62,052 nucleotides of DNA. It comes from Alphaproteobacteria bacterium (lineage in GTDB: Bacteria; Pseudomonadota; Alphaproteobacteria; Paracaedibacterales; CAIOTO01). This document shows positions 9,588-19,201 of the stretch, in pieces. The position numbers and the translations under genes were made by a program. Numbering within the stretch: position 1 is the first letter of the stretch; the number at the start of each line of letters is the position of its first letter. Under the pieces are notes generated by a model that had not been told where the DNA came from, searched no databases, and saw nothing but the letters and a program-made list of their open reading frames with translations. The stretch covers positions 1 to 62,052 of the forward strand of contig CANKZX010000003.1 of assembly GCA_947488275.1 (NCBI GenBank), in the 5' to 3' direction.

Positions 9588-10754
9588 ATGCTTGAAAAAA
9601 TCCGTGAACATTACCTTAAAGCAATTAGCCTTGATTTTGAAATCGTGCCAATGTGTGCTTTGCTTGGTCCAAGACAGTGCGGAAAAACGACATTAGCACG
9701 GCAGTTTGCCAAAACGTTTAATGGTTCAGTTCATTACTTTGACCTTGAAGACTATACAGATCTTGCTAAATTTGAAAATCCAAAAATTTTACTTGAATCA
9801 CTTGAAGGACTTATCATTATTGATGAAATTCAACGAAAGCCAGATCTATTTCCGTATCTTAGAGTTCTTGCTGATCGTTCAAATTCAACAACAAAATTCT
9901 TAATTCTAGGCAGCGCATCACGTGATTTGTTGAGTCAAAGCTCAGAAACACTTGCAGGCCGTTTGTCATATATATCGATAGCGCCGTTCTTATTGCAGGA
10001 AGTTCATGATCAAAAAACATTATGGGTTAGGGGAGGCTTTCCACGTTCATATCTGGCGTCATCTGATGAGGCAAGCGCACGTTGGCGAACCGTTTATATG
10101 CAAACTTACTTTGAAAAAGATTTAGCCGATCTTGGTATTAACTTGCCTCCACAACGAATTATGCGCCTTTGGACGATGTTGGCACAACACCATGGATGTG
10201 TTTTAAATTATGCGAACATGGCACAGTTTATGGATATTTCTGTTCCGACGTTAAAGAATTACCTTTATTTACTTGAGGGTACATTTATGATTCGAACGGT
10301 ATCACCGTATTATGATAATGGAAGAAAACGTCTTGTTAAAACGCCGAAACTTTATATCCGTGATTCTGGAATTTATCATCAATTATGCAGCATTCAATCC
10401 TATGAGCAATTGATAAATAACACGCATATAGGCATGTCATTTGAAGGTTTTGCCTTTGAAGAAGTCCTTAAAGCATTTCAAGCCCGAACAGAAGAATGTT
10501 ATTTCTGGGGAACGCATCAAGGTGCGGAACTTGATTTATTCTTGACGATAAAAAATAAACGTATTGGTTTTGAATTTAAAGTAAATGATAAGCCAAAGAT
10601 AACAAAATCCATGCGCACGGCATTAGATGAATTATCACTCGATCATTTATATATTGTTACACCTATTGAGCAAAGTTTTCCTATGGAAGAAAAAGTCAGT
10701 GTGTTAGCTCTTAAGGATTGCGTAACTGTTTATCAGAATTTAATTAAGAATTAA
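9588..10754 (+). CDS. AAA_14 ATPase with DUF4143 (wHTH + PD-(D/E)XK-like C-terminus), paralogue 1
   Basis: GPRQCGKTT, IIIDEIQ, ILGSAS, ETLAGR, GGFP, KTPKLY.RDSG, ELDL...FEFK. Confidence 0.9.
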   Translation: MLEKIREHYLKAISLDFEIVPMCALLGPRQCGKTTLARQFAKTFNGSVHYFDLEDYTDLAKFENPKILLESLEGLIIIDEIQRKPDLFPYLRVLADRSNSTTKFLILGSASRDLLSQSSETLAGRLSYISIAPFLLQEVHDQKTLWVRGGFPRSYLASSDEASARWRTVYMQTYFEKDLADLGINLPPQRIMRLWTMLAQHHGCVLNYANMAQFMDISVPTLKNYLYLLEGTFMIRTVSPYYDNGRKRLVKTPKLYIRDSGIYHQLCSIQSYEQLINNTHIGMSFEGFAFEEVLKAFQARTEECYFWGTHQGAELDLFLTIKNKRIGFEFKVNDKPKITKSMRTALDELSLDHLYIVTPIEQSFPMEEKVSVLALKDCVTVYQNLIKN

Positions 10755-10760
10755 AACAAC

Positions 10761-10998
10761 TATACTCAGTGCCGATGATTTTCAGCAATTCTGCCGTCAT
10801 AGCGAACCTGCGTAGCAGGTGTGGCTATCAAAAAAAACAAACATTTTCGACGTAACAGGCATTTCTGACGCAACAGGCATTTCCGATGTAACAGCCACTG
10901 GATCACCACAAAAGCCTTTGGCTTTTTCGTGATGACTTTTCGTGATGACGAGGGATGATAAAATTATCTTTTGCTGAAAATCATCAGTGTTGGGTATA
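10761..10998. mobile_element. MITE family A, full copy (TA-bounded ~27-bp TIRs, nested REP pair, 3x18-bp internal repeat)
   Basis: TATACTCAGTGCCGATGATTTTCAGCA ... TGCTGAAAATCATCAGTGTTGGGTATA; near-identical copies elsewhere in window. Confidence 0.85.
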
Positions 10999-11048
10999 CA
11001 TCCGCATTGTAACAAAGAATGATTTTTTTATCAATCAAAGACAAAATC

Positions 11049-11666
11049 TTACGTTGCAGGCATCCCCCAACGACGCACGCGACCTGTATCAACATGTACA
11101 AAATGTGTATAACGCCCCACGCCACCTGCTTTGAGTGTTAAGGCTGCCTTTTGAATATGTTTATGGCTTATTCCTTCAATGAAAAGATCAGCTGCCATAC
11201 CAACACAATGAAGGCTTTTTTTGGCAACGCCAGAGCTGTTTTCATGCAAACATGTGTTGGTTTCGTGTGATCGATAGCCAGATACCAAATGAATCGGTTT
11301 CTGTGTATCAAGTTTCAGCATTAAACTGTGCAGTAAAAGCAGTAATTTCTTATCAATCACATGTGTGGTTCCTGTTCGGTGATCCCGAAACAGTTGATTA
11401 ATCATGGTAATTGATTCGGAGATAAATACACCATCGGCGTGAAATGTGCATTTTTTTAACCATTCACCTGTGTGCGTATTATAGATCGTAAGTGTTTTGG
11501 AAGGGATGATGGTTTTTTGTTTTTCGGAAGGTTCTTGTTTCGACACATCAATAGGATTATCGGGTAAAAACTCATGCCAAGGATATTTAGATGAGAAAGG
11601 ACGCACGAATGGCAGCATTAAACCTGCCTTTATCATCATGTTGAGGAATTCACGTCGTTCGATCAA
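11049..11666 (-). CDS. YcbK/DUF882 family peptidase M15 (MepK-like), Tat-exported
   Basis: RREFL Tat motif, NTHTGE, RDHR, SGYRS, SLH..GMAAD, GGVGRY, FVHVDTG..RRW. Confidence 0.9.
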   Translation of the reverse strand: MIERREFLNMMIKAGLMLPFVRPFSSKYPWHEFLPDNPIDVSKQEPSEKQKTIIPSKTLTIYNTHTGEWLKKCTFHADGVFISESITMINQLFRDHRTGTTHVIDKKLLLLLHSLMLKLDTQKPIHLVSGYRSHETNTCLHENSSGVAKKSLHCVGMAADLFIEGISHKHIQKAALTLKAGGVGRYTHFVHVDTGRVRRWGMPAT

Positions 11667-11731
11667 TGGGCACCCATTAATGATTTGTTAATAATTCTAT
11701 CATAAACATGACTAATACATAAAAACAAGTA

Positions 11732-12670
11732 CTAATATGATGATTCAATTGTATGTTGTTGTCGTTGGAAAAACATAATTGGCAATACAAAAATAAATAC
11801 CATTAGAACGGCGAGTGCGCAGGCTTGTGGCCAGTTGCGATTGTTGAAAAATTCCCACCATAGAACGCGACCAATCATCAGAGTATCAGGGCCACCAAGC
11901 AATTCAGGAATGACAAACTCGCCAACAGCAGGTACAAAGACAAGAATGCAACCTGCGGCGATGCCAGGTAGTGTGAGAGGCACCGTAATGCGCCAGAAAG
12001 TTCGCCATGGTGTGCTGCCAAGGTCAAAGGCGGCTTCGATTAGGGTTTTATCAATTTTTTCAAGTGCCGAATAAATGGGGAGTACCATAAATGGCAAATA
12101 ACAATAAACAATTCCTACACAAACAGCATAACGATTATCAAGGAGTAATAATGGTTCCGAAATCAATCCAATCGATAGCAATGCTGTGTTGATAATACCT
12201 TTTGCACTTAATAAAGACATCCATGCATATACCCGAATGAGGAAAGATGTCCAAAATGGTAGCACAACTAATAACAAATAAAACATCCGCAAACGGGGCG
12301 ATGAGCGCGCGATACCATATGCCATCATATAGCCTAATGCAAGACAGATCAGTGTTGACGATCCCGCTGTCCATAATGATGATACGAATGTTGATACATA
12401 AAAATGTTCCTGGAAAAGAGCTTGGTAATTTGAGAAGTTTAAGTTGATGTGCAACATATGTCCTTGTAGCCATTCAAATACGGCTTCAAAAGGGGGCATA
12501 CCAATTGTCGCTTTAGAAAAGCTGATTTTACAAATGAGTAAAAAAGGCACTAAAAAGAAAAGTGATAACCATATATAAGGTAGCCATAATACAATTTTAT
12601 GACGTGCGGCATAAATTATACTCACACGTTCGTGGCTATGACGGAGCAGCGCATTGATTATTTTTATCAT
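11732..12670 (-). CDS. potH: Polyamine ABC transporter permease (PotH/PotB type)
   Basis: LPFWTSFLIRVYAW, EAA motif LIEAAFDLG, GEFVIPELLGG. Confidence 0.8.
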   Translation of the reverse strand: MIKIINALLRHSHERVSIIYAARHKIVLWLPYIWLSLFFLVPFLLICKISFSKATIGMPPFEAVFEWLQGHMLHINLNFSNYQALFQEHFYVSTFVSSLWTAGSSTLICLALGYMMAYGIARSSPRLRMFYLLLVVLPFWTSFLIRVYAWMSLLSAKGIINTALLSIGLISEPLLLLDNRYAVCVGIVYCYLPFMVLPIYSALEKIDKTLIEAAFDLGSTPWRTFWRITVPLTLPGIAAGCILVFVPAVGEFVIPELLGGPDTLMIGRVLWWEFFNNRNWPQACALAVLMVFIFVLPIMFFQRQQHTIESSY

Positions 12671-12701
12671 GTTTTAAAGTCCTATGATCAGCATCGATTA
12701 A

Positions 12702-12866
12702 GGAATTATGCAAAAATAAACGACACGATTACCTCTTTTTTCTTATTGTCATGGCGAGCCCGAAGGGCGTGGCCATCCAGAAAAAAAGACCTGGATCACC
12801 ACGCTGCCGTTGGCAGCTCGTGATGACGGCGGTCATGAATCATGTAAGTTATTTTTGCAAAATTCC
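12702..12866. mobile_element. MITE family B: 18-bp TIRs, TAA target duplication, REP pair inside (12748-12827)
   Basis: TAA|GGAATTATGCAAAAATAA ... TTATTTTTGCAAAATTCC|TAA, one mismatch. Confidence 0.7.
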
Positions 12867-12963
12867 TAAACATATAAGAATCGTATATTTTATCGTCTCT
12901 TAACACATAATCAATAATTACTGTGTTATCAATACATAAATGGGTCTTTGTAATTTTTAAAGG

Positions 12964-14259
12964 GTGCGTTCATTGATGGATGAGACAACATGTCACACTA
13001 AATGTGACGGTGAAGATGATATAGCTAGCATTATTGATGATTTTTGCTGTGATCTTGCGTTAAATGCCGTGGCTGGAACAGAGGCATCTTTTGATGCGCA
13101 AATGTTTGCTTTTAAGCGTTTTTTGCATGCCCATTGGGCGATTATATTATCATCATTAGAGACGAATGAGTCCTCTCAAAATACACAGTCACACGCCTAT
13201 TTCTATCAACTTGGTCTTCCCATAAAATGGTTCCATGATGCACAAAAATTTATACTTAATCGGTTGTGCGATACGCACAAAAAGAAACAAGTGCGCTGGG
13301 GAAGGCGTCAGGATCAGAAAATCCATGCGTTAATGAATTGTGTGATGGATGATCTTTTTTATTTTTATACGTTTTCATCAACCTCTATGTCGCAAATAAT
13401 CAAAGATGAGAACTTAAAAACGAGCCAATTTCTGCAACACACCATTGTTTCTGTTCTTAAAGGCGTTGTTGAATCGGCACGTGATCTTGTTAATGTGACC
13501 CGTGATGTTTCAAAGATGGCACATCAAATTGATAAGCAGGCTGAATCAATGAACACTCTCGCGCGGTTCTTTTCTGAGAATTTATCAAAGGCCTCCCTTA
13601 CAACACAACGTTTGTCAGGAGCAATCGAACACATTTCTGAGCGCATTATGAATGGTGTTATGGTTACGCAAAAGAGTGCATTAGAAGCCGATAAAGCACA
13701 AGAGGTTGTGCAAAGTCTCTCTCATGCTGCGAATAAAATTGGTGAAGTTGTTAAGATTATTAATGAGATTGCGAATCAAACAAATTTGCTTGCTTTGAAT
13801 GCAACAATTGAGGCTGCACGTGCAGGGCATGCAGGAAAAGGTTTTTCAGTAGTTGCGTCTGAGGTTAAAAGTTTGGCTGGTCAAACAGCAAAGGCAACAG
13901 AAGAAATCACAAAACAAATTAAAGCGATGCAAGATGAAACAAATCATGTTGTTGTTTCTATTCATGAAATGTCTGTCACAATACGTCGTATAAATGAGGG
14001 AACGATTGAAATATCATCTGCTGTTAATGAGCAAGGGAAAATGGCACAAGATACACTTGAAAATATCGAGCGAATTCGTGAAGCAAGCCTGACATTCACG
14101 CAACTGATTTATCAATTGAATGATTTGTTGCGTACAGCAGATGATCGTGTGCAACAAACACATGTATTTTCGACTCATATCGCTGATCGATCGCATTATT
14201 TAACAGAAACGTTAACGCAGATGATGCACGTAATGCATAAAACCCCAATTCGGGATTAA
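12964..14259 (+). CDS. Soluble methyl-accepting chemotaxis protein with degenerate protoglobin-like N-terminus
   Basis: IANQTNLLALNATIEAARAGHAGKGFSVVASEVK signalling domain; no TM helix. Confidence 0.9.
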   Translation: MRSLMDETTCHTKCDGEDDIASIIDDFCCDLALNAVAGTEASFDAQMFAFKRFLHAHWAIILSSLETNESSQNTQSHAYFYQLGLPIKWFHDAQKFILNRLCDTHKKKQVRWGRRQDQKIHALMNCVMDDLFYFYTFSSTSMSQIIKDENLKTSQFLQHTIVSVLKGVVESARDLVNVTRDVSKMAHQIDKQAESMNTLARFFSENLSKASLTTQRLSGAIEHISERIMNGVMVTQKSALEADKAQEVVQSLSHAANKIGEVVKIINEIANQTNLLALNATIEAARAGHAGKGFSVVASEVKSLAGQTAKATEEITKQIKAMQDETNHVVVSIHEMSVTIRRINEGTIEISSAVNEQGKMAQDTLENIERIREASLTFTQLIYQLNDLLRTADDRVQQTHVFSTHIADRSHYLTETLTQMMHVMHKTPIRD

Positions 14260-14290
14260 CTATGAATAAAACCTTATATATTGCGTGACC

Positions 14291-14326
14291 GTCATCACGC
14301 GTTTGCGTAGCAGGTGTGGCTATCCA
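14291..14326. repeat. Solo REP-like hairpin unit
   Basis: GTCATCACGCGTTTGCGTAGCAGGTGTGGCTATCCA between convergent genes. Confidence 0.7.
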
Positions 14327-14342
14327 TAAAAATAGATATTTC

Positions 14343-15008
14343 TTAAACGGCTTCTAATTGAAGATGCTTATGTTTGTGTTGATAGGCTGAAACAATATCG
14401 AATACCTGTTGACGCGCTTCATCAATGGTTAGTGTGCTGGTGTCAATAACAATGGCGTCTTTAGCTGGTATTAAGGGGGCAACTGTTCGTGTTTGGTCGC
14501 GTTGATCGCGTTCACGAATTTGGGCGAGCATATCTGTTATTGCTGGCTGTCCCGATGCAATTGCTTCGGCTGAGCGCCTTTGTGCACGTACATCAGAGTT
14601 TGCTGTTACAAAGATTTTGATATGGGCATCTGTGAAAACAACGGTACCAATATCACGCCCATCAAGAACGACCCCTTTATAAGGGGGCTTTACGTCAAAA
14701 CAAAAGCGTCGAATATGCTGATTGAGTTGTTCACGAATGATGGGGATAATAGCAATTTTGGAGGCCGCATTTCCAACTTCTTCATTCCTTAATAATGGAT
14801 TGAGTAAATCATGTACTGTAAGTGACCTTGCCATTTGAATGAGGGCATCAATATGAGAAAATTCTATTTTCTCAATGAGCGCTTTGTTTGCAAGTGCACG
14901 GTAAATTAACCCTGTATCAATATGCTTAAATGAAAAATAATGGGCGAGAGCGTGAGATAATGTGCCTTTTCCAGCGCCTGCAGGTCCATCAACAGCAACG
15001 ATTAACAT
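14343..15008 (-). CDS. cmk: Cytidylate kinase
   Basis: DGPAGAGKGT, DTGLIYR, DGRDIGTVVF, RDQRD..R..APL. Confidence 0.95.
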   Translation of the reverse strand: MLIVAVDGPAGAGKGTLSHALAHYFSFKHIDTGLIYRALANKALIEKIEFSHIDALIQMARSLTVHDLLNPLLRNEEVGNAASKIAIIPIIREQLNQHIRRFCFDVKPPYKGVVLDGRDIGTVVFTDAHIKIFVTANSDVRAQRRSAEAIASGQPAITDMLAQIRERDQRDQTRTVAPLIPAKDAIVIDTSTLTIDEARQQVFDIVSAYQHKHKHLQLEAV

Positions 15009-15087
15009 ACCCCAGCTCTCCTATGCAAAATAACTTGACTGCTAATGGATATATACCGTAATTTTGAGTAAATGTCTAAGAGATTCG

Positions 15088-15702
15088 ATGTTCATGGCTT
15101 TTTATTTGATTTTATTTATGTGCTACCTAATTGGTTCAATACCATTTGGTCTTTTATTTACAAAATGGGCAGGGTTAGGTGATATACGTGCAATTGGTTC
15201 TGGTAATATTGGGGCGACGAATGCGCTGCGCACAGGTAATAAAAAGGTGGCTATCGCGACATTATTATGTGATGCATTAAAGGGGTATTTACCTATTTTT
15301 GCGCTTATTCATATGGGATGTGTCAGCGCTACCTGTATTTTAACCGTGGCTTTTGTTATTATTCTTGGGCATATTTTTCCTGTTTGGTTACGTTTTAAAG
15401 GGGGGAAGGGGGTTGCAACAACGCTCGGTGTGTATCTTGCTATTAATCCGTGGCTTGCACTTAGTATCCTTGGTGTGTGGTTTGTTACTGTTAAATTAAC
15501 AAAGCTTTCATCGTTATCAGCCCTTATTGCAGCAGTTTTATCACCAGTTTTAGCCTATTTCTTTGTGATCGGTTTGCCAGAAACGTATGTGCAAGGGGGG
15601 CAAAAAATGTATGTTGTGTATTTTATGATAATGGTAAGTGTGATTATTTTAGGAACGCATCATGAAAATATTAGACGCCTTTTGTCAGGGCAAGAAAAGT
15701 AA
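15088..15702 (+). CDS. plsY: Glycerol-3-phosphate acyltransferase
   Basis: GSIPFG, GSGNIGATN, GHIFPV..FKGGKGVAT, H..NI.RL. Confidence 0.95.
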   Translation: MFMAFYLILFMCYLIGSIPFGLLFTKWAGLGDIRAIGSGNIGATNALRTGNKKVAIATLLCDALKGYLPIFALIHMGCVSATCILTVAFVIILGHIFPVWLRFKGGKGVATTLGVYLAINPWLALSILGVWFVTVKLTKLSSLSALIAAVLSPVLAYFFVIGLPETYVQGGQKMYVVYFMIMVSVIILGTHHENIRRLLSGQEK

Positions 15703-15777
15703 TCACATATCCATAAAAAAACTTCTTGGGCTATTAACAAAACGTGCTAACCTATATGTAAGGTAAATAAATAAGAA

Positions 15778-16749
15778 ATGATGTTAAGGATGATATCCAA
15801 ACTAAATTTAAAAGAAAAAATTCGAATGACACTCACGGCAATTGCTGAGTCTGGAGCATTTTTTCATGGTTTTGGTTCTCATTTTACACGTTTAAAAACA
15901 AATTTATTAGGGGTCTTTCCACGTACTGTTATCCTGCCACAGGCTATCTTGATTTTTGATACGCTGCTTGCTTTTCTGTCCATTTTTATTGCAATTTATT
16001 TGCGTGTGGGCAATGAATTTTTAGATTATACGCCTGGTTTTATTTTAAAAAATATGGTTGTCTTCGCCCTTCTTAGCGCAAGTGTTTTTATCTGGATGCA
16101 AACGCATCGTGCTTTATGGCGCTATTTCTCACTTGAAGATTGCATTCCTCTTGCTTTGTCTGTTATTCTCGCGTCCATTCTTTACTTTCCACTCATGATT
16201 CTACTGGCGCAGCAGGAATCATTACCGCGTTCTATACCTTTATTAAACACACTTGTTTATATGGTGGTTTTATGTCTTCCCCGTTTTATTTATCGTTCGA
16301 TGAATGATCGTCATACGATGCAAAAAAAACGTCTCCTTTCAGAACAAATTGTGCCTGTGTTATTAGCGGGCAGCGGTGATACAACTGAGCTATTTATTCG
16401 TGAAGTGATGCATTCCCCCGCCTTATCCTATAATCCTGTTGGTATATTATCCCCTTATATCAAAGAAAAAGGGCGCCGCATTCATACTGTACCAATCTTA
16501 GGGACGCCGAAAAATTTAGAGGCGATCATTAAAGAATTACGTCAATTGCCCAAAAGACCAATTCAAATTATCATTACAGATAACGATCTGCCAAAAGATT
16601 TTTTAGCGGCGTTGGCGACACTTTCACAAAAAAATAGTTTGCCGATGATGCAAATGGTGCCACAATTTTCAATTGTCACCTCGTCATCCGAGAAAACTGA
16701 TTTTTTGGCAACTGATGATTATGCAAAGGTTACTCATTCATTTGTGTGA
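15778..16749 (+). CDS. Membrane + CoA-binding-like N-terminal half of CapD/WbpM/PglF-type protein, no dehydratase domain
   Basis: 4 TM helices, LWRYFSLED, PRS, VLLAGSG, GRRIHTVPILG; ends before the catalytic SDR domain. Confidence 0.7.
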   Translation: MMLRMISKLNLKEKIRMTLTAIAESGAFFHGFGSHFTRLKTNLLGVFPRTVILPQAILIFDTLLAFLSIFIAIYLRVGNEFLDYTPGFILKNMVVFALLSASVFIWMQTHRALWRYFSLEDCIPLALSVILASILYFPLMILLAQQESLPRSIPLLNTLVYMVVLCLPRFIYRSMNDRHTMQKKRLLSEQIVPVLLAGSGDTTELFIREVMHSPALSYNPVGILSPYIKEKGRRIHTVPILGTPKNLEAIIKELRQLPKRPIQIIITDNDLPKDFLAALATLSQKNSLPMMQMVPQFSIVTSSSEKTDFLATDDYAKVTHSFV

Positions 16750-16772
16750 GTGACCTTTGTTTATTTAAGCTT

Positions 16773-18143
16773 TTATCCATACGTAACAACGGTTCCTGTT
16801 ACGCTATTTGCAAATGCTTTTTCTATTATGACATCAATCATTTCACCTTGCAGTCGTTGATTGCCATCAAAATAAATGGATTGCATAAATGGTGTTTTGC
16901 CTGATAATTGACCATTATGCTTGCCAACTCGGTCAACAAGGATAGGTTGTATTGTTCCTATTTTTGATTGATTAAATTGTAATTGTTGTTCATTTAATAA
17001 CGCTTGCAATTCAGCTAACCGTTCAGATTTGATGTCTTCGGTTACTTGCAGATCCATTGCGCCAGCAGGTGTTCCTGGGCGAATGCTATATTTAAATGAA
17101 TAGGCTTGTGCATACTCAATCTCACGAATCAAATCAAGTGTCGCTTTATGATCAGCCTCCGTCTCGCCAGGAAAGCCAACAATAAAATCAGATGACATCG
17201 CTAGGTCAGGACGTGCTGTGCGTAACCGTTCAACGACCTTAATATATTGATCACTGGTATGGCGTCGATTCATTGATTGTAGAATTGCATTGCTACCTGA
17301 TTGAACAGGAAGATGTAAAAATGGCATGAGTTTTTCAATATCACCATGCGCCTTAATCAGCATTTCATCCATGTCCATCGGATGAGATGTTGTATAACGA
17401 ATGCGCTCTAACCCATCAATTTCTGCTAATTCATAAATAAGGCGTCCAAGTCCCCATTCCTTCTCATTTGATGCAGGGGAAATCCCATGATACGCATTCA
17501 CATTCTGCCCAAGGAGCGTAATTTCACGTGTACCCAGGCTTACCAAATGGCGGGCATCTTTTAAAATATCCACAACAGATCTTGAATATTCGGCGCCGCG
17601 TGTATAAGGTACCACACAGAACGTGCAAAAATTATCACATCCTTCTTGAATCGACAGAAACGATGAAACCGTTGATGTTGTCGGTTGCGGTAAAATATCG
17701 AATTTACTTTCTGTCGGAAAGTCAATATTGACAATACCAATACCTGTTCGTTTTCCACTTTTAATATCGTGTTCGCGTGTTGTTTTGGCAATCATTTCGG
17801 GCAATTTATGATAAGCTTGCGGTCCAAAAACCATACTCACATAGGGGGCTTGTTTAATAATTTCAGCGCCTTCTGCCTGTGCAACACATCCACCAACAGC
17901 AATCATCATATCCGCGCCATTTTGAATGCGTTCATCTTTTACTGCACGCAGGCGTCCTAAATCAGAAAACACTTTCTGCTCCGCTTTCTCGCGAATATGG
18001 CACGTATTTAAAATTGCCATGTCAGCATCATGTGGCGTTTCCGTGACTTCGTATCCTAACGGTGACAATAAATCAACCATTCGCTGTGAATCATATACGT
18101 TCATCTGACAGCCATATGTTTTTATATATAGTTTTTTTGACAT
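16773..18143 (-). CDS. miaB: tRNA-2-methylthio-N6-dimethylallyladenosine synthase
   Basis: TYGCQMN, NTCHIREKAE, GCDNFCTFC radical SAM motif, TRAM domain; start MSKK at 18143. Confidence 0.95.
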   Translation of the reverse strand: MSKKLYIKTYGCQMNVYDSQRMVDLLSPLGYEVTETPHDADMAILNTCHIREKAEQKVFSDLGRLRAVKDERIQNGADMMIAVGGCVAQAEGAEIIKQAPYVSMVFGPQAYHKLPEMIAKTTREHDIKSGKRTGIGIVNIDFPTESKFDILPQPTTSTVSSFLSIQEGCDNFCTFCVVPYTRGAEYSRSVVDILKDARHLVSLGTREITLLGQNVNAYHGISPASNEKEWGLGRLIYELAEIDGLERIRYTTSHPMDMDEMLIKAHGDIEKLMPFLHLPVQSGSNAILQSMNRRHTSDQYIKVVERLRTARPDLAMSSDFIVGFPGETEADHKATLDLIREIEYAQAYSFKYSIRPGTPAGAMDLQVTEDIKSERLAELQALLNEQQLQFNQSKIGTIQPILVDRVGKHNGQLSGKTPFMQSIYFDGNQRLQGEMIDVIIEKAFANSVTGTVVTYG

Positions 18144-18190
18144 CAAGAAACCTACCTTTAGAATGAGTGGCTCACTATACCATAGATGAA

Positions 18191-18218
18191 TAAAAAAAGC
18201 CCTGAAATCTTCAGGGCT
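18191..18218 (-). terminator. Intrinsic terminator after mucR
   Basis: AGCCCTGAA-ATC-TTCAGGGCT hairpin with an A-run (U-tract on the minus strand). Confidence 0.65.
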
Positions 18219-18243
18219 CTCTTGAAAATATATAAAAAAGAAA

Positions 18244-18729
18244 TTAGCGTGCAACAACAGCAAATTGTTCTTGACCGCCCATCATTTCCGCACCTTTCAT
18301 CGCTTTTAAACGACCTTTGCGTCCTGTTTTACCAAGACCTGTATTCTTAGCAATTGCGCTGCGACGACGTGCATAACTTGGGGATACCATCGGATAGTCA
18401 TTTGGTAAATTCCAACGTTCTTTATATTGATCCAACGTCATGCCATAAACAGTACTTAAATGACGCTTTAGCATTTGGAGATGCTTACCATCTTCTAAAC
18501 AAATAATATAATCTTCATGAACTGAATCTTCAACAGCAACCGCAGGTGCGAGTGGTGCACTTGATTTATAGTTGTGTGGGTTACGTGAAATCTCAGACAA
18601 AGATTGGTAAACGCGTGCAATAATTGCTGGGATTTCTTCCAATGCTACCGTATTACTTGATATATACGCTGCCACAACGCGGCTTGCATGCCCAAGAAGT
18701 TCGGAAACATGTGTGTTTTCAGTCATCAT
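18244..18729 (-). CDS. mucR: Ros/MucR family transcriptional regulator
   Basis: VVAAYISSN, PAVAVEDSV..DYIICLEDGK...LKRHL, YPMVSPSYA..RS. Confidence 0.9.
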   Translation of the reverse strand: MMTENTHVSELLGHASRVVAAYISSNTVALEEIPAIIARVYQSLSEISRNPHNYKSSAPLAPAVAVEDSVHEDYIICLEDGKHLQMLKRHLSTVYGMTLDQYKERWNLPNDYPMVSPSYARRRSAIAKNTGLGKTGRKGRLKAMKGAEMMGGQEQFAVVAR

Positions 18730-18978
18730 TAAAATCCTTTAATAAAAAAATATCGTTTAACTTTTATACTTCTTTCCTAAAAAAAGCGCAAACATTTATT
18801 TACACTTTATTAATCTTTAAGAATTTTATGAATACAACTGTGGCACATTCGACACAAAATAGAGAAATACTTGATATACATACCAAGAAAATTAAAATAA
18901 TAATTAGTTATGCACTTAACTAAAAAATATTAAAATGCTAAAATTTGAGAATTACCCTTATTTTACCCATTTACTCTC

Positions 18979-19179
18979 GTCATGGCGAACCAGCGTAAGC
19001 TGGTGTGACCGTCCAGAAAAATAATCTTTTTGAGTAAAATAGCCACTTCCGAAAGAGCAGTCACTGGATCACCACAAAAGCCTTTGGCTTTTTCGTGATG
19101 ACGGTAAGAGACATATAGGGTTTTCTGTTATCTAATCCCGAACTGGGGTTTCTACTAAAAATTATCGGTTTTTAGTATA
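18979..19179. repeat. REP pair (18979-19102) plus a degenerate family-A TIR (19151-19179)
   Basis: GTCATGGCG..GTCCA and TGGATCACC..GTGATGAC; reverse complement TATACTAAAAACCGATAATTTTTAGTAGA resembles the family-A TIR. Confidence 0.7.
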
Positions 19180-19201
19180 GAATTTAACAATTACTTTTAT
19201 T

